Made by a program: the position numbers and the translations under genes. The notes under the pieces are model-generated. The model saw only the letters and a list, made by a program, of their open reading frames with translations, searched no databases and was not told the DNA's origin. A stretch of DNA of 63,878 nt, the filler included, from Octopus bimaculoides (lineage: Eukaryota): NCBI RefSeq assembly GCF_001194135.2. It is 7 parts of 7 records of this genome, joined end to end, with 100 filler letters (N's around TTAATTAATTAA, not from the genome) between each part and the next. Parts side by side here need not be neighbours in the genome. Positions count along the whole stretch, not along the records: positions 23,498 to 52,317 come from NC_069003.1; 6 more parts are not named here. One strand, written 5' to 3'. Positions 35,511 through 49,029 of the stretch are shown piece by piece (the first letter of the stretch is position 1; the number at the start of each line of letters is the position of its first letter).

Positions 35511-36327
35511 AAGTAGTACTTGTATATAATGTATGAATTTATGGAATGAAGTTCCATAGATCCCATCGATTTTATTAAAAATGGAGGAGACAAGTTGTTA
35601 AAATTTATAAGAAGTTTGATTCTTGCAGACTGTTGTTTCGTACATAGATATGATATTAATACAACTTCATGATTGAATTAAATTAAATTAATTAAATACC
35701 AATATACTCTTCAGTGCAGGAAAGAAAGAAAACCATAATACAAGGAACTTAAAAGGAATATAGTAGAAAAAATTGGATCTAGAAGATTCATGTTGGTATC
35801 TGTATGAGAAAGAGATGGGAGTCATGTTGGATATGTAACCATAATTAACAGCTTCAACAGTTATTTGAAGATATAAGTAAAGAGGTATTGGAGACAGTCC
35901 CGCTATAGATGAGTATGGAAATTAGAATTATAGCTTCATATAAGTAGCGTAGGGCAAATTAGTATTAGAAATGTCCAATGGGAAGATAATCCAGAATTTA
36001 AATTAAAATTAGCACTAACCATTGAAATCAGTAAGTGGTATAAGTGTATTTTTAAAAATTCTGTACTTAAGAATGAAGTTTAGCGTGAGGAAGTGGTATA
36101 TGAGAAGCTAAAATGAGATAGTTAATGTAAGCAAAAGGCTGAAGAAGTGGAGGAAAGAGAATGAGTTAAAGATAGAAGATGATAAAGGATTCGTGTTTGA
36201 ATAAATAAAATCATATTAGGTAACACGTATTAATGGTAAAGTAGAAAAAATTCACCATGTATTATATACAAGTACTACTATATTATATATACACACATAT
36301 ATATATATATATATATACATATATATA

Positions 36328-36500
36328 GGCGCAGGAGTGGCTGCGTGGTAAGTAGCTTGCTTACCAACCACATAGTTCTGGGTTCAGTCCCAATTCGTGG
36401 CACTTTGGGAAAGTGTCTTCTACTATAGCCTCGGGCCAACGAAAGCCTGGTGAGTGGATTTGGTAGACGGAAATTGAAAGAAGCCCGTCGTATATATGTG

Positions 36501-36560
<60 letters not shown>

Positions 36561-36752
36561 TTCCCCTAGCATTGCTTGACAACCAATGCTGATGTGTTTA
36601 TGTCCCCATAACTTAGCAGTTCAGCAAAAGAGACCAATAGAATAAGTACTAGGCTTCCAAAGAATAAGTCCTGGGGTCAATTTGTTCGACTAAAGGCGGT
36701 GCTCCAGCATGGCCGCAGCCAAATGACTGAAACAAGTAAAAGAGTAAAGAGT
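36328..36752 (+). mobile_element. Full-length SINE family A (tRNA-like head, CORE-like block, internal (TG)n)
   Basis: GGCGCAGGAGTGGCTGCGTGGTAAGTAGC...GGGTTCAGTCCC...TTTGGGAAAGTG...GAAACAAGTAAAAGAGTA; further partial copies at 37265, 38330, 40548, 43315, 46635, 48255 and 50255. Confidence 0.9.
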
Positions 36753-37419
36753 ATACAAAACACACACACAGGAAAAAAAACTGACAACTTGTTGATCTCA
36801 CACAAAAACATTTGTGAAATTCTTCACTTACCATTCCACCAAGTGGAAACTATTAACTCTCACCACAAAATATTAGAACAGATTATTTCCTTCCATTTGT
36901 CTCCGTTCCAATTATTTGATAGACGAAAGGATTTCTATTTCAACGCCATCTGTTCTTTACTATTTCTGACGGAAGTAGGGTGCCAGGGTCAGTGGTAGGA
37001 GGCTATCTTTTACAACTCATAACACTAAGCATTCTACAAGTGACAAGAATTCTGTTTCAAATATGATTCACCTCAAAAACTACCCTTCCAAAGACTAAAC
37101 AGCTGCCATGCTGTCATAGAGGGAAAAACAGGATGGTGCTGAAGTTTCCATACCAAAAAAGGAAAAAAAAAAATGACTCAAAGATTTCATGACTACATAT
37201 TTTGGTTCAGAAATGAAAATTCAACCATTGGAGTTAATATAGGTTAATATATAACATGGGGACAAGCATGGATAAGTGGGTGAGAAGTATGTTCCCAACC
37301 ACATCGTTTCAGGTTCAATCCACTGTGTGGCATCTTATGCAAGTGTTCTTTACTATAGCTCAGGTTCAAATCAAAACCTTGTGAGTAAAACTGAAAGAAG
37401 CCCATCATATATACATATC

Positions 37420-37692
37420 ATCATCATTTAACGCCTGCTTTCCATGCTGGCATGGGTTTGACTGAGGACTGGTGAGCCAGAGGCTGCACCAGGCTCAATC
37501 TGATCTAGCAAAGTTTCTGCAGCTGGATGCCCTTCCTAACGCCAACCATTCCGAGAGTGTAGTGGGTGCTTTTACGTGCTACCGGCATGAGGGCCAGTCA
37601 AGTGGTTCTGGCAACGACCACACTCAAAACGTGTTTCTTACGTGCAACCTGCACAGGAGCCAGTTCAGCGACACTGGCAACAACCATGCTTG
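37420..37692 (-). mobile_element. RTE 3' UTR copy
   Basis: Reverse complement of the 31560-31885 type. Confidence 0.8.
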
Positions 37693-37961
37693 ATATATAT
37701 ATATAGAGTGCTATGAATAAATTGTTGCCATTTTATGTTTTAAATTTTGTGCATGCATTTTTTTGATTTTGTCACTTACACAGTATGGGAGGGTCAGTTG
37801 GGCACTGTCAACGAGAAAAACAGTATCATGACACAATTCGCTCTGCCAAAAATTTGTAAACAACATACTGTATAGTTTGGCATTTGCACCGGAATCTCCA
37901 ATATGAACATATCAGAGTGTTTGGGTGTCAATCTGAGGACATGTACTGAGAGTAATAAAAA

Positions 37962-38303
37962 TAAAACATCCTGTCAACATCATGGTGTTTGGAGTGAGCA
38001 CTAGTGATGGCAATGCTATGCTTCTATTCATCTCCCCACATGGCCTCAAAATCAAAATGGAGGCCTACGTCAAGTGCCTGAAGGAGGTAGTGTTGCCTTG
38101 GGTCATGAGGGTGACTGCTGGAAGACTCTATGTCTGACAACAGGACTCTGAACCATGCCACACAAGCAGGAGAACTGAATCCTGGCTGTCACATAATTTC
38201 TGCAACCACTTTGCACCTAACATCAGGCCACCTCACTCCCCAGACTGCAACCACCTTGATTACTGTGTAGGGCGCAGTTGAGTGAAGGACCAACAAAACT
38301 CCT
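37962..38303 (+). pseudogene. Tc1/mariner transposase catalytic-domain remnant
   Basis: KIKHPVNIMVFG..EAYVKCLKEVVLPWV..V*QQDSEPCHTSRRTESWL..PPHSPDCNHLDY (QQD and SPDxNxxD motifs). Confidence 0.85.
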
Positions 38304-38632
38304 AACTTTATATGCATGTGTGTGTGTGTGTGTTTGTTTCTGTTTCTTTGTCTTCCACCCACCTACTTGGGAACCAGTGTTGGTGTGTTTATGTTCTAGT
38401 AGCAGTTCAGCATAAGAGACTGATAAAATAAGTCTCAGCCTTCAAAAAATTAAATAGTTAGGGGTCATTTCAGCTAAAATTCTTCACGGCAGTGCCCTAG
38501 CATGGTCGCAGTCTAGTGACTGAAACAAGTAAAAGATGATGTACTTTGTGGAAATCTAACTGCTCATTGCTTCAGTTTCAAGAATTTGGATTGTCTTTGT
38601 TGTTTTCTTTTTGCAAACAATGCTAACAACAG

Positions 38633-38641
38633 GAGCACCTG
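38633..38641 (+). CDS. Candidate 9-nt frame-preserving microexon (GAGCACCTG)
   Basis: Polypyrimidine tract 38591-38612, TGC at 38612 and 38621, CAG acceptor, CTG|GTGAGC donor; host gene unknown. Confidence 0.3.
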
Positions 38642-39466
38642 GTGAGCAACAGCAATTGATATTCTAATTAAGCATAGGTGCAGGTATGGCTGCATGTTTT
38701 GACTAAAATCTGAGACACCAGATGTGACCTTAAAAAGCAAGTTGTATTTTAATTCGAGCAAAATACACAGAGTAAAGAAATAACCTTCCAACCATAGCTC
38801 ACAGCTCAAATAAAAAAGAATACAACTGAAGACGTTTTTACATGTTTCACAAGCATTTGAGAGACTAGATGTAGCCTTAAAAACAAATAATATTTGAACT
38901 GTAGCAAACACTTGGTTTTAAGAGATATAACACAAGTAATATAAATTATATTACATCGTTTGAGTGATTTCTATCTCTTAAAACCAAAGAGTTCACTTGT
39001 GTTAAAACAAAACTTAGTTCATAGGGCTAAGTATAGCATCTCTGGTTGTGTTTTATATGTGTGTGTGTATTGCTGAGATGAAAATATTAGCCCAATTATA
39101 TATACCAAATAACCGATAAGATTAAGTAGACAAGGCACCCAATTATACATGTATATACACACACAGAAAGTATATGTGTGTTTATTTATTTATATATTTA
39201 ATGAAATTCTTCTCAGCCATTTGAGGGTAAAAACTAGGCGAGAGGAAGAGAAATTTCATACTTTGACTAAGCAATCACTGACTTTGTAAAACACACATGC
39301 CAACCACACACACATTCAATAATAGATACACACACATATATACGCACACACACACAAATACAAGGACACAAGGGACATATTTCAAACACATACACATTCA
39401 ATAATATACATGCACACAAATACACACACACACACAAACACACACACAAACACACATGCACATATA

Positions 39467-39529
<63 letters not shown>

Positions 39530-40680
39530 NNNNNNNNNNNNNNNNNNNNNNNNNNNNNNNNNNNNNNNNNNNNNNNNNNNNNNNNNNNNNNNNNNNNNNN
39601 NNNNNNNNNNNNNNNNNNNNNNNNNNNNNNNNNNNNNNNNNNNNNNNNNNNNNNNNNNNNNNNNNNNNNNNNNNNNNNNNNNNNNNNNNNNNNNNNNNNN
39701 NNNNNNNNNNNNNNNNNNNNNNNNNNNNNNNNNNNNNNNNNNNNNNNNNNNNNNNNNNNNNNNNNNNNNNNNNNNNNNNNNNNNNNNNNNNNNNNNNNNN
39801 NNNNNNNNNNNNNNNNNNNNNNNNNNNNNNNNNNNNNNNNNNNNNNNNNNNNNNNNNNNNNNNNNNNNNNNNNNNNNNNNNNNNNNNNNNNNNNNNNNNN
39901 NNNNNNNNNNNNNNNNNNNNNNNNNNNNNNNNNNNNNNNNNNNNNNNNNNNNNNNNNNNNNNNNNNNNNNNNNNNNNNNNNNNNNNNNNNNNNNNNNNNN
40001 NNNNNNNNNNNNNNNNNNNNNNNNNNNNNNNNNNNNNNNNNNNNNNNNNNNNNNNNNNNNNNNNNNNNNNNNNNNNNNNNNNNNNNNNNNNNNNNNNNNN
40101 NNNNNNNNNNNNNNNNNNNNNNNNNNNNNNNNNNNNNNNNNNNNNNNNNNNNNNNNNNNNNNNNNNNNNNNNNNNNNNNNNNNNNNNNNNNNNNNNNNNN
40201 NNNNNNNNNNNNNNNNNNNNNNNNNNNNNNNNNNNNNNNNNNNNNNNNNNNNNNNNNNNNNNNNNNNNNNNNNNNNNNNNNNNNNNNNNNNNNNNNNNNN
40301 NNNNNNNNNNNNNNNNNNNNNNNNNNNNNNNNNNNNNNNNTACATACTTATATACATACATATATACTTACATATATACATACATATATACTTACATATA
40401 TACATACATATTTACATATATACATACATATATATTTACATATATACATACATATATATATATAAATATATGTGTGTGTGTATAAATACATATATACACA
40501 TATACATAAGTATACAATCGTACACATACACACACATATATAGACACAGGCATGGCTGTGTGACACTTTGCAGATGTGCCTACTGCTATAGCTTTGGTCT
40601 GACCAAAGCCTTGTGAAGGGATTTGGTAGATGGAAACTGAAAGAAGCCTGCTATGTATGCATATATGTATGTGTGCGCAC

Positions 40681-40718
<38 letters not shown>

Positions 40719-41105
40719 ACAGCAACTGAAAAGCCGCCTTGTCGGGCAGCTGTTAGGCTAGCTCCTGTGGCAGGCTCTTCATTGCACCTTGGGCCCAATA
40801 ATGACACTTCATGCATTGAGTACATATTAAATTTTATTTGTTCGACTAAAGGCGGTGCTCCAGTATGGCCGCAGTCAAATGACTGAAACAAGTAAAAGAA
40901 CATGATCATAATTTCAACTCCCCAGTTTTTCCTTCAGTCACCCGAGCAAGTTGGAACTTATGAAAGCAGCTTCCTATTACTCGGGACGTCTCAAACAAGG
41001 GATCGCTAAGAATTTGAAAACAAGCATGGGAGTTTAGGACAAAATTAGGAAAAGCAAGACAACACAGCCGCTCACCCATCAACCCATGCAAACTAATCCA
41101 TTATT

Positions 41106-41332
41106 CAGTTCTATATTTAAGAGATGAGGAATTATGTACATTATTTACATTTGACGGATATTTGTCCTCATCTTGTTTGTTGTTAACACGTTTCAGCTGA
41201 TATACGCTCCAGGAATGAGAACCCAGGTTCGAAATTTCCCCAAGACACCTGATGAAGGCTGGAGGGTATATCAGCCGAAATGTTGTGTTAAGAAACAAGA
41301 CAAGGACAAATGTCTGCCAAATGTAAATAATG
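41106..41332. mobile_element. Family P1 copy 3, inverted composite
   Basis: Minus arm about 41106-41211, plus arm about 41212-41332; degenerate 12-bp TSD TAATCCATTATT / TAATCTATAATT. Confidence 0.8.
41244..41289 (+). ncRNA. Minimal hammerhead motif, second near-intact copy
   Basis: GACAC-CTGATGA-A-GGCTG-GAGGGTATAT-CAGCC-GAA-ATGT-T-GTGTT; ACGT changed to ATGT. Confidence 0.55.
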
Positions 41333-41669
41333 TAATCTATAATTGATTAATGGTGACGAGAGAGATCAATACATACCGGTTGTGGTTGTACTGTAAAACA
41401 ACAGGGAAAACAGATTATGGCATCGGCCATCTTTCACAGCTCAGTCAAGACCGGATATCACAGTTGAAGCTGGTCACAAAGTTTTGTGACCAGAGCTGGA
41501 TGCAAGTGTCACACTTCAGCCAGCTACTACCTGCAAAAAAAAAAACAAGAAAAGAATAATAATAATAATTAACAGAGAAGAGGGAGAAAATTATTATGAT
41601 TAATTTGTATACCTGTATCCAGGTGTCACTTTGATGTCATGCGGTGTTCTCTCACTCAATAATAATAAT

Positions 41670-41814
41670 AATCCTTTCTACTAAAGGCACAAGGCCTGAA
41701 ATTTGAGGGAAGGGGCTAATCGATTTCATCAAGGGTTTCTTTGAGAGATACACTGTCATCTGTTGGAGTTGATATGTTGATTAGAAAGCATTTTTTTTCT
41801 TAGTGATCCCTACC

Positions 41815-41865
<51 letters not shown>

Positions 41866-42306
41866 GTGCGAAATAAGTACCAGTGTTGCAAATATAAGAA
41901 CAAGGCCTGAAATTTTGTGGGGAAGGGGCATCGACCCCAGTGTACAGCTGGTACTTATTTCACCGTTTCCAAAAGGATGAAAGGTAAAGTCAACCACGGG
42001 GGAATTTGAACCCACAACATAAAAACAGACAAAATGCCTAGTGGTATTTTGTCAGCCTTGCTAACAGTTCTGCCGGCTTGTTACCTTAGAATGAACAAAT
42101 GCTGGTTTCAAATTTTGAAATAAGGCCAGCAATTTTGATGGGAGAAGTAAGTTGATTACATCGACCCCAGTATGTAACTGGTACTTATTTCATCAACCCT
42201 GAAAGGATGAAAGGCAAAGTTGACCAAGGCAGAATTTGAACTCAACTTAAAAACAAACGAAACGCCACAACGTGCTAATGATTCTACAAGATCCCTGCCT
42301 TTGATG

Positions 42307-42347
<41 letters not shown>

Positions 42348-42545
42348 CCTTTCTACTATAGGCACAAGACCTGAAATTTGGAGGGAGGACACTAATCAAT
42401 TACATCAGCCCCCAGTGCTCAACTGGTACTTATTTCATCAACCCTGAAAGGATGAAAGGCAGAGTTGACCTCAGCAGAATTTGAACTCAAATTAAAAACA
42501 AATGAAAATGCCAGGCGTGCTAACGACTCTGCCAGCTTGTTGCCT
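41670..42545 (-). mobile_element. Chain of 3-4 co-oriented SINE family B copies linked by (AAT)n
   Basis: Repeated core at about 41915-42090, 42100-42300 and 42345-42545. Confidence 0.75.
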
Positions 42546-43314
42546 AGAAACAGGACAAATATTGCAAAACATTTCATCCAATTCTTTAACAAATTCCACC
42601 TATCTACTGCTCTGAACCAGTCGTTTATTCAATCAACCCTAGGATAATGAAAGGTGAATATGACCACAGCAGGATTAGAACTCAGACAATAAAGAGCAGG
42701 GACAAATACTGCAAAGCATTTCGTTTGACAAATTTATGGCACCGCCAATCCACCACCTTTAAATGATAAAATCAACAACGGTGTTTTGACAAATGATAAA
42801 GCAATATTGTTTTATGATAATGTCTTAAGAAAAGTAAGCTAAAACGGTAAGGAATAAGACTGGCACCGATTTAGATACTGATCTGAAAGAATTTGAGTTA
42901 TGTAGGTGAGGAATGTCTTAACTCCAGATTCTTGATTATGCTGAAAATTAAACTGAAACGCAACCAATGAATTCTTCAGTAATGAAGTCATGGAAGGGTG
43001 AAAAGTTGGAGTAGGGGTGGAGGGATGGGAGGGATAAATTAACCTTGGTATTCAACCAATATCAATTTATCGACCTCTGGAAGGAAAACCAAAAAAAAGT
43101 GAAACCAGCCCTCAGCAGGATTTGAACTCAAGAACAAGAAAGGATGTATCTTCGGAGTGCATGAGGTCTTTTTTTTCAATCAAGGACATGATTATGACCA
43201 AGATCGTGCCTGTCTTCTTCCATGGTAGCTTGATAGAAGTGGGGAGAGGGAGGGGGGAAATGAGAAAAAAAATGTGAAGTCCATAATTTTGTTGAGGATG
43301 ATTACAACGGGTTG

Positions 43315-44040
43315 CAGGCATGGCTGTGAGGTAAGAAGTTTGCGCCCCAACCACATGGTTCTGGGTTCAGTCTCACTGCATGGCCACTTGGACAAGTGTC
43401 TTCTACTATAGCCCTGGGTCAACCAAAGCCTTGTGAGTGGATTTGGTAGAGAAAAACTGAAAGAAGCCCATCATGTGTGCACGCGTGTGTACATACATAC
43501 ATACATACATACATACACACACACACACGGCGAGCTTCTTTCAGTTTCCATCTACCAAATCCACTCACAAGTTTTACATGAGTGTATGCATGCATCTTGG
43601 CATTTGCTTATGTCCACCGGTGCTGGTGTGTTTACATCCCTGTAACTTAACAGTTCAGCAAAAGAGACCGACAGAATAAACACCAGGCTTTAAAAAATTA
43701 AGTCCTAAGGTTGATTCATTTGATTAAAACTCTTCAAGGTGTATGGATTAGTGGTTAGGGCATTCGGCTCACAATCATAAGGTCGTGAGTTCAATTCTCA
43801 GCAGCACACTGTGTCCTTGAGCAAGACACTTTATTTCACATTGCTCCATTCTACTCAGCTGGCAAAAAAGTGAGTAGTTCCTGTATTTCAAAGGGCCAGT
43901 CTTGTCACATTCTGTGTCACACTGAGTCTCCCTGTGAAGTACATCAAATGTACACGTATCTGTGTAGTACTCAGCCACTTGCATGTTAATTTCAAGAGCA
44001 GGCTGTTCCATTGATTGGATGAACTGGAACCCTCATCATC
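43315..44040 (+). mobile_element. SINE A fragments (43315-43740) followed by a SINE C variant (43742-44040)
   Basis: Motif matches; SINE C tRNA-like head AGTGGTTAGGGCATTCGGCTC...GAGTTCAATTC. Confidence 0.75.
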
Positions 44041-44149
44041 ATTCTTTAGGGTACCCCTAATAAATTACTTCATAACTCCAAAACCTCAAAACTATAAAAA
44101 CATCCAAAACACACAGTCCCCTAGATCAGTGCTACTCAAAGTGGTGGTC

Positions 44150-44790
44150 CAAGGAGGTAAAATCATGGAATAATAATATTTTCTACCTTACACTCACTGA
44201 CTATGTTTACCCAGCATACTTTGATAATATGATAGCAAGGAGGTAAAAATCATAGAATTGTATATTTTACCTTATACCCAATAGACACTCTTACCCAGCA
44301 TGCCGAGATAATATGACAGCAAGGTGGTGAAACCACAGAAGTATGTTTTCTACCTTATACCCAATTGACACTTTTACCCAGCATGCCGAGATAATATGAC
44401 AGCAAGGTGGTGAAACCACAGAAGTATGTTTTCTACCTTATACCCAATAGACACTTTTACCCAGCATGTTGAGATAATATGACAGCAAGGTGGTGAAACC
44501 ACAGAAGTATGTTTTCTACCTTATACCCAATAGACACTTTTACCCAGCATGCCGAGATAATATGATAGCAAGGAGGTAAAAATCATAGAATTGTATATTT
44601 TACCTTATACCCAATAGACACTCTTACCCAGCATGCCGAGATAATATGACAGCAAGGTGGTGAAACCACAGAAGTATGTTTTCTACCTTATACCCAATGG
44701 ATACTTTTACCCAGCATACATAGAGATGACAGCAAGGAGGGGGAAATCATAAAACTATATTGTTTTTACCTTACACCTTATGGACACTTT
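44150..44790. repeat. 83-bp minisatellite, about 7.5 units of two types
   Basis: AGCAAGG landmark at 44234, 44318, 44401, 44484, 44567, 44651 and 44731. Confidence 0.9.
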
Positions 44791-45457
44791 TCTCCATCAT
44801 ACTTAAACAGATAACAAAGGAGGTGAAGTCATCAGACTATAATATTTTCTACCTTTAAACCCAGCGGACACACATTTATCCAACATGACAGCAACGTTGA
44901 AGCCACACAATACAAATGTCTTCTCGACACAAAAGATACCATCCCAACATGTTTGATAATAATCGCAACTAAGTGAGAAACATTTCCTCTTTTTCAACGT
45001 TTGTCACAAACCAATCTGTTTAAAACACGAAACAGATGAGATTTATATATCAAAACAAACCATCAGGAAATGAAGCCTGTTTACTACTGTTTTTATTTAT
45101 CCTATTTTTATTTTTCTATCATTATTATTATTATTATTAGTAGTAGTAGTAGTGTCATTATTATCATTATAATTATCATTATTATTATTATATATTTATT
45201 TATTAAATTGTGGTTATGAATAGAGAGTGAGAAAAAGTTTATTTTTCTATAACAGATGTTGGTGAAACCTATTGTTCTTGGGATTTTAATTGGAAGGGGG
45301 GAAAACAATGTGTGTGTATTTGTGTGTAGGGGGGAGGCTAAGTGCAAGCATATGAAGAGAACAAGTGTGTGTTTGTTGAATGTGTAGTCTTTAAACAGAA
45401 ACATGTCACTTTGATGCCAACAGTTGTAACAAACCGTATGTTTGTGCAAGCTGGTTG

Positions 45458-45499
<42 letters not shown>

Positions 45500-45504
<5 letters not shown>

Positions 45505-45705
45505 GGCACAACGCCTGAAATTTTGGGGGAGGGGGACTAGTCGATGACATCGACCTCAGTACTCAGTGGGTACTTAATTTATCGACCCCCAAAAGGATGA
45601 AAGGCAAAGTCGACCTCGGCAGAATTTGAACTCAGGACGTAGCGATGGGCAAAATGCCACTAAGCATTTCGTCCAGCGTGCTAACCATCCTGCCAGCTCA
45701 TTGCC

Positions 45706-45746
<41 letters not shown>

Positions 45747-45960
45747 CCTTTCTACTGTAGGCACAAGGCCTGAAGTTTTGGGGGAGGAGACTCATTGATT
45801 ACATTGACCCCAGTATGCAACTGGTACGTAATTTATTGACTCTGAAAGGATGAAAGGTAAAGTTGACCTCGGCAGAATTTGAATTCAGAACGTAGTGACA
45901 GGTAAAATACTGACAAGCATTTCACCTGGCATGCTTAACAATATTGCCAGCTTGCCTAAT

Positions 45961-45993
<33 letters not shown>

Positions 45994-46050
45994 AATAATA
46001 ATAATAATAATAATAATAATCCTTTCTACTATAAGCACAAGGCCTGAAAC
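45500..46050 (-). mobile_element. Two SINE B copies plus a tail fragment, each separated by (AAT)n
   Basis: 45500-45705 and 45740-45960. Confidence 0.8.
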
Positions 46051-46928
46051 AAGTAATAGAAAGGCAATAGCAGAAGAAAAGACCCAAAGGGAATTCAATG
46101 GTGATCGACCCCCACCCCACAAAATCCTAGATTACTTTGACACACCACAGACCCCCAAAAGTGCCCTCTTCTAGTTCCTTATCTCCTGGTTATAGTCACA
46201 CTTTCAGGTTAGAAACAGCGTCCCCTCCATCAATCTCATTCCTCTTCCCCTCCTAACAATAACAAACATAAGAATGGTAACCAAAATATATCAAAGATAA
46301 GGACAAGAAACTAAATTCCTTCATTTAGTAGCTAGTAAGAGGGCCCCTAATTCTTATCCTTTCACCCTAATTTGATGACGAAAAAAAAAGAAAGGAAGAA
46401 AGAAAAGAGATGAAGATTAGAATCTGAAGATCTTTTCTGCTTGGGTTGGGAAATTTTTTTGGTATGTTCATTTTACTGTTCCAGCCACCACCACCACCGC
46501 CACTATCAGGCACCACCGCCACCGCCATCAAAATTCCATTATCCTTCAAACAGTGTCGCAAATAAAGTAGAATGAATTTGGATAATAGTAATTCATTTTC
46601 TTTTCTTTTTTTTTTTTAGGATTTTAATATAAAGGTGCCGGCATGGCTGTGTGGAAAGAAGTTCGCTTCATGACCACATGGTTTCAGGTTCAGTCCTACT
46701 GAGTGGTACCTCGAGTAAGTGTCTTCTACTACAGCCCTGGGCCGACCTGAGTCTTGTGAGCGTTTTGGTAGACAGAAACTGAAAGAAGCTCATTGTGTGT
46801 GAGTGAGTGTGTGTGTGTACATACACACATATATATACACACATGCACATGCACATGTATATATATATATATATATATATATAAAATCACATATGTACAT
46901 ATATATACATTCACACTTACATATACAT

Positions 46929-46977
<49 letters not shown>

Positions 46978-48039
46978 CACACACACATTCACACACATAT
47001 ATACATTCATACACACCCATATATATACATTCACATGTACACACACATATATGTAAACCAGGTACTTTATTCCACTATACGTAATATGTCCCTTATTAAC
47101 CTTAGAGGTATGAAAGAGCTACTACTTAACTCCAGGAGGATTTGAACTCAGAATGCCAGGCACTGGAACAGTCATTACAACAGCAGACCACCTTTTGCTT
47201 TTTTTTGTTTTCATTTATCTATTTAATTTTTTTTTTTTTGACACTAACAATTCTGCCCTTGCACCTATGTTCAGAAGTCCATATCATTGTAATCATACAG
47301 CAACATTTATCCACTCNNNNNNNNNNNNNNNNNNNNNNNNNNNNNNNNNNNNNNNNNNNNNNNNNNNNNNNNNNNNNNNNNNNNNNNNNNNNNNNNNNNN
47401 NNNNNNNNNNNNNNNNNNNNNNNNNNNNNNNNNNNNNNNNNNNNNNNNNNNNNNNNNNNNNNNNNNNNNNNNNNNNNNNNNNNNNNNNNNNNNNNNNNNN
47501 NNNNNNNNNNNNNNNNNNNNNNNNNNNNNNNNNNNNNNNNNNNNNNNNNNNNNNNNNNNNNNNNNNNNNNNNNNNNNNNNNNNNNNNNNNNNNNNNNNNN
47601 NNNNNNNNNNNNNNNNNNNNNNNNNNNNNNNNNNNNNNNNNNNNNNNNNNNNNNNNNNNNNNNNNNNNNNNNNNNNNNNNNNNNNNNNNNNNNNNNNNNN
47701 NNNNNNNNNNNNNNNNNNNNNNNNNNNNNNNNNNNNNNNNNNNNNNNNNNNNNNNNNNNNNNNNNNNNNNNNNNNNNNNNNNNNNNNNNNNNNNNNNNNN
47801 NNNNNNNNNNNNNNNNNNNNNNNNNNNNNNNNNNNNNNNNNNNNNNNNNNNNNNNNNNNNNNNNNNNNNNNNNNNNNNNNNNNNNNNNNNNNNNNNNNNN
47901 NNNNNNNNNNNNNNNNNNNNNTTCCAATGCCACCTGGATCAATTTTGCCTTTCATCCTTTCGGGGTTTAATAAAATAAATACTAACAGAGCACTGGCATT
48001 GATGTAATTGACTTACCCACTCTACATAAAGGGTAGGTG

Positions 48040-48245
48040 GAGGTGCAATGGCACAGTGGTTAGGGTAGTGGACTCGTGGTTGCAGGGTCGCAGTTTTGAC
48101 TCCCAGATCAGGCATTGTGGGTGTTTATTAAACGAAAACACCTAAAACTCCCCGGCAGGGGGTGCTGGCAACCCCTGCTGTACTCTTTCACCACAACTTT
48201 CTCTCACCCTTTCTTCCAGTTTCTGTTCTACCTGTATTTCAAAGG
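48040..48245 (+). mobile_element. SINE family C, 5' half
   Basis: GGTGCAATGGCACAGTGGTTAGGGTAGTGGACTCG... homologous to 9424. Confidence 0.8.
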
Positions 48246-49029
48246 GGCCATGACTGAACCCGGAACCATGTGGTTGAGAAGCACGCTACTTACCACACAG
48301 CCATGCCTGCACCTGACCCCCATAGGGGTTTACTCATTACTTAGTCTAGAACTTAACTTCAGCAGCTGAAGGAATAAAATAGAATTCACAAACAAACTTG
48401 AGAGGAATTTGAACTCAGAACACAGGGAGGCATAAAGTAAACACCAGGGGCCACTCCACTCCACTTCACTCCACCCCCATCACCATGGTTACATTACATA
48501 AAAAAAAAATGTCAAAGTGAAAAGAAGCAGAAAACTTAATGAGGGAGAATCAGATGAAATATGTAATTAAGTAGTTGATATAAACTGTCCTAATTATGGT
48601 TTAAATGACAGTTTTGTGTGAGGTGGTGGTGGTGGTGGGCATTGATGGTATGACAATTCACTGCAGTTGGAGGAGTGGTAGAGGTAGAAGGCTGAGCCCC
48701 CCCCCCCGAGAGTGTTGTGTGTGTTTGTCTCTTTTTGTCTTAGTCTTTCTATCTATCTCTTTATCTCTCTGTCTCTTTCTCTCATTATTTCTAGGATTGT
48801 CATTATTTTTCTTGCCACAGTTTCTCTTACTTTGCCTCATTACCTTTCACTTCACCTCTCACAGCTCCTCCTTCTTCATTCCATTAGACTCCCTCCTTCT
48901 TCTTCAGTACTCCCTTCTCTATACTCACTCGCTCACTATCTATCTCTCTCTCTCTCTCTCTCTCTCTATCTAACCACTTATCCCTCTCATACTATGTCAA
49001 TCTCTTTTATGTCAATCTCCTAACCCAAC

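Noticed and set aside
39267-40616. Long ORFs of 200-390 aa here and at 47142-48007 and 60549-61795
   Set aside because: Open only because they run through N gaps and (TA)/(CA) repeats.
44127-44150. hAT element starting CAGTGCTACTCAAAGTG
   Set aside because: No matching right TIR or TSD found.
45944-46561. Pro/His-rich and other protein-like frames near 46050-46560
   Set aside because: Built from (CCA)n low-complexity sequence or starting in SINE tails; no consistent splice pair.
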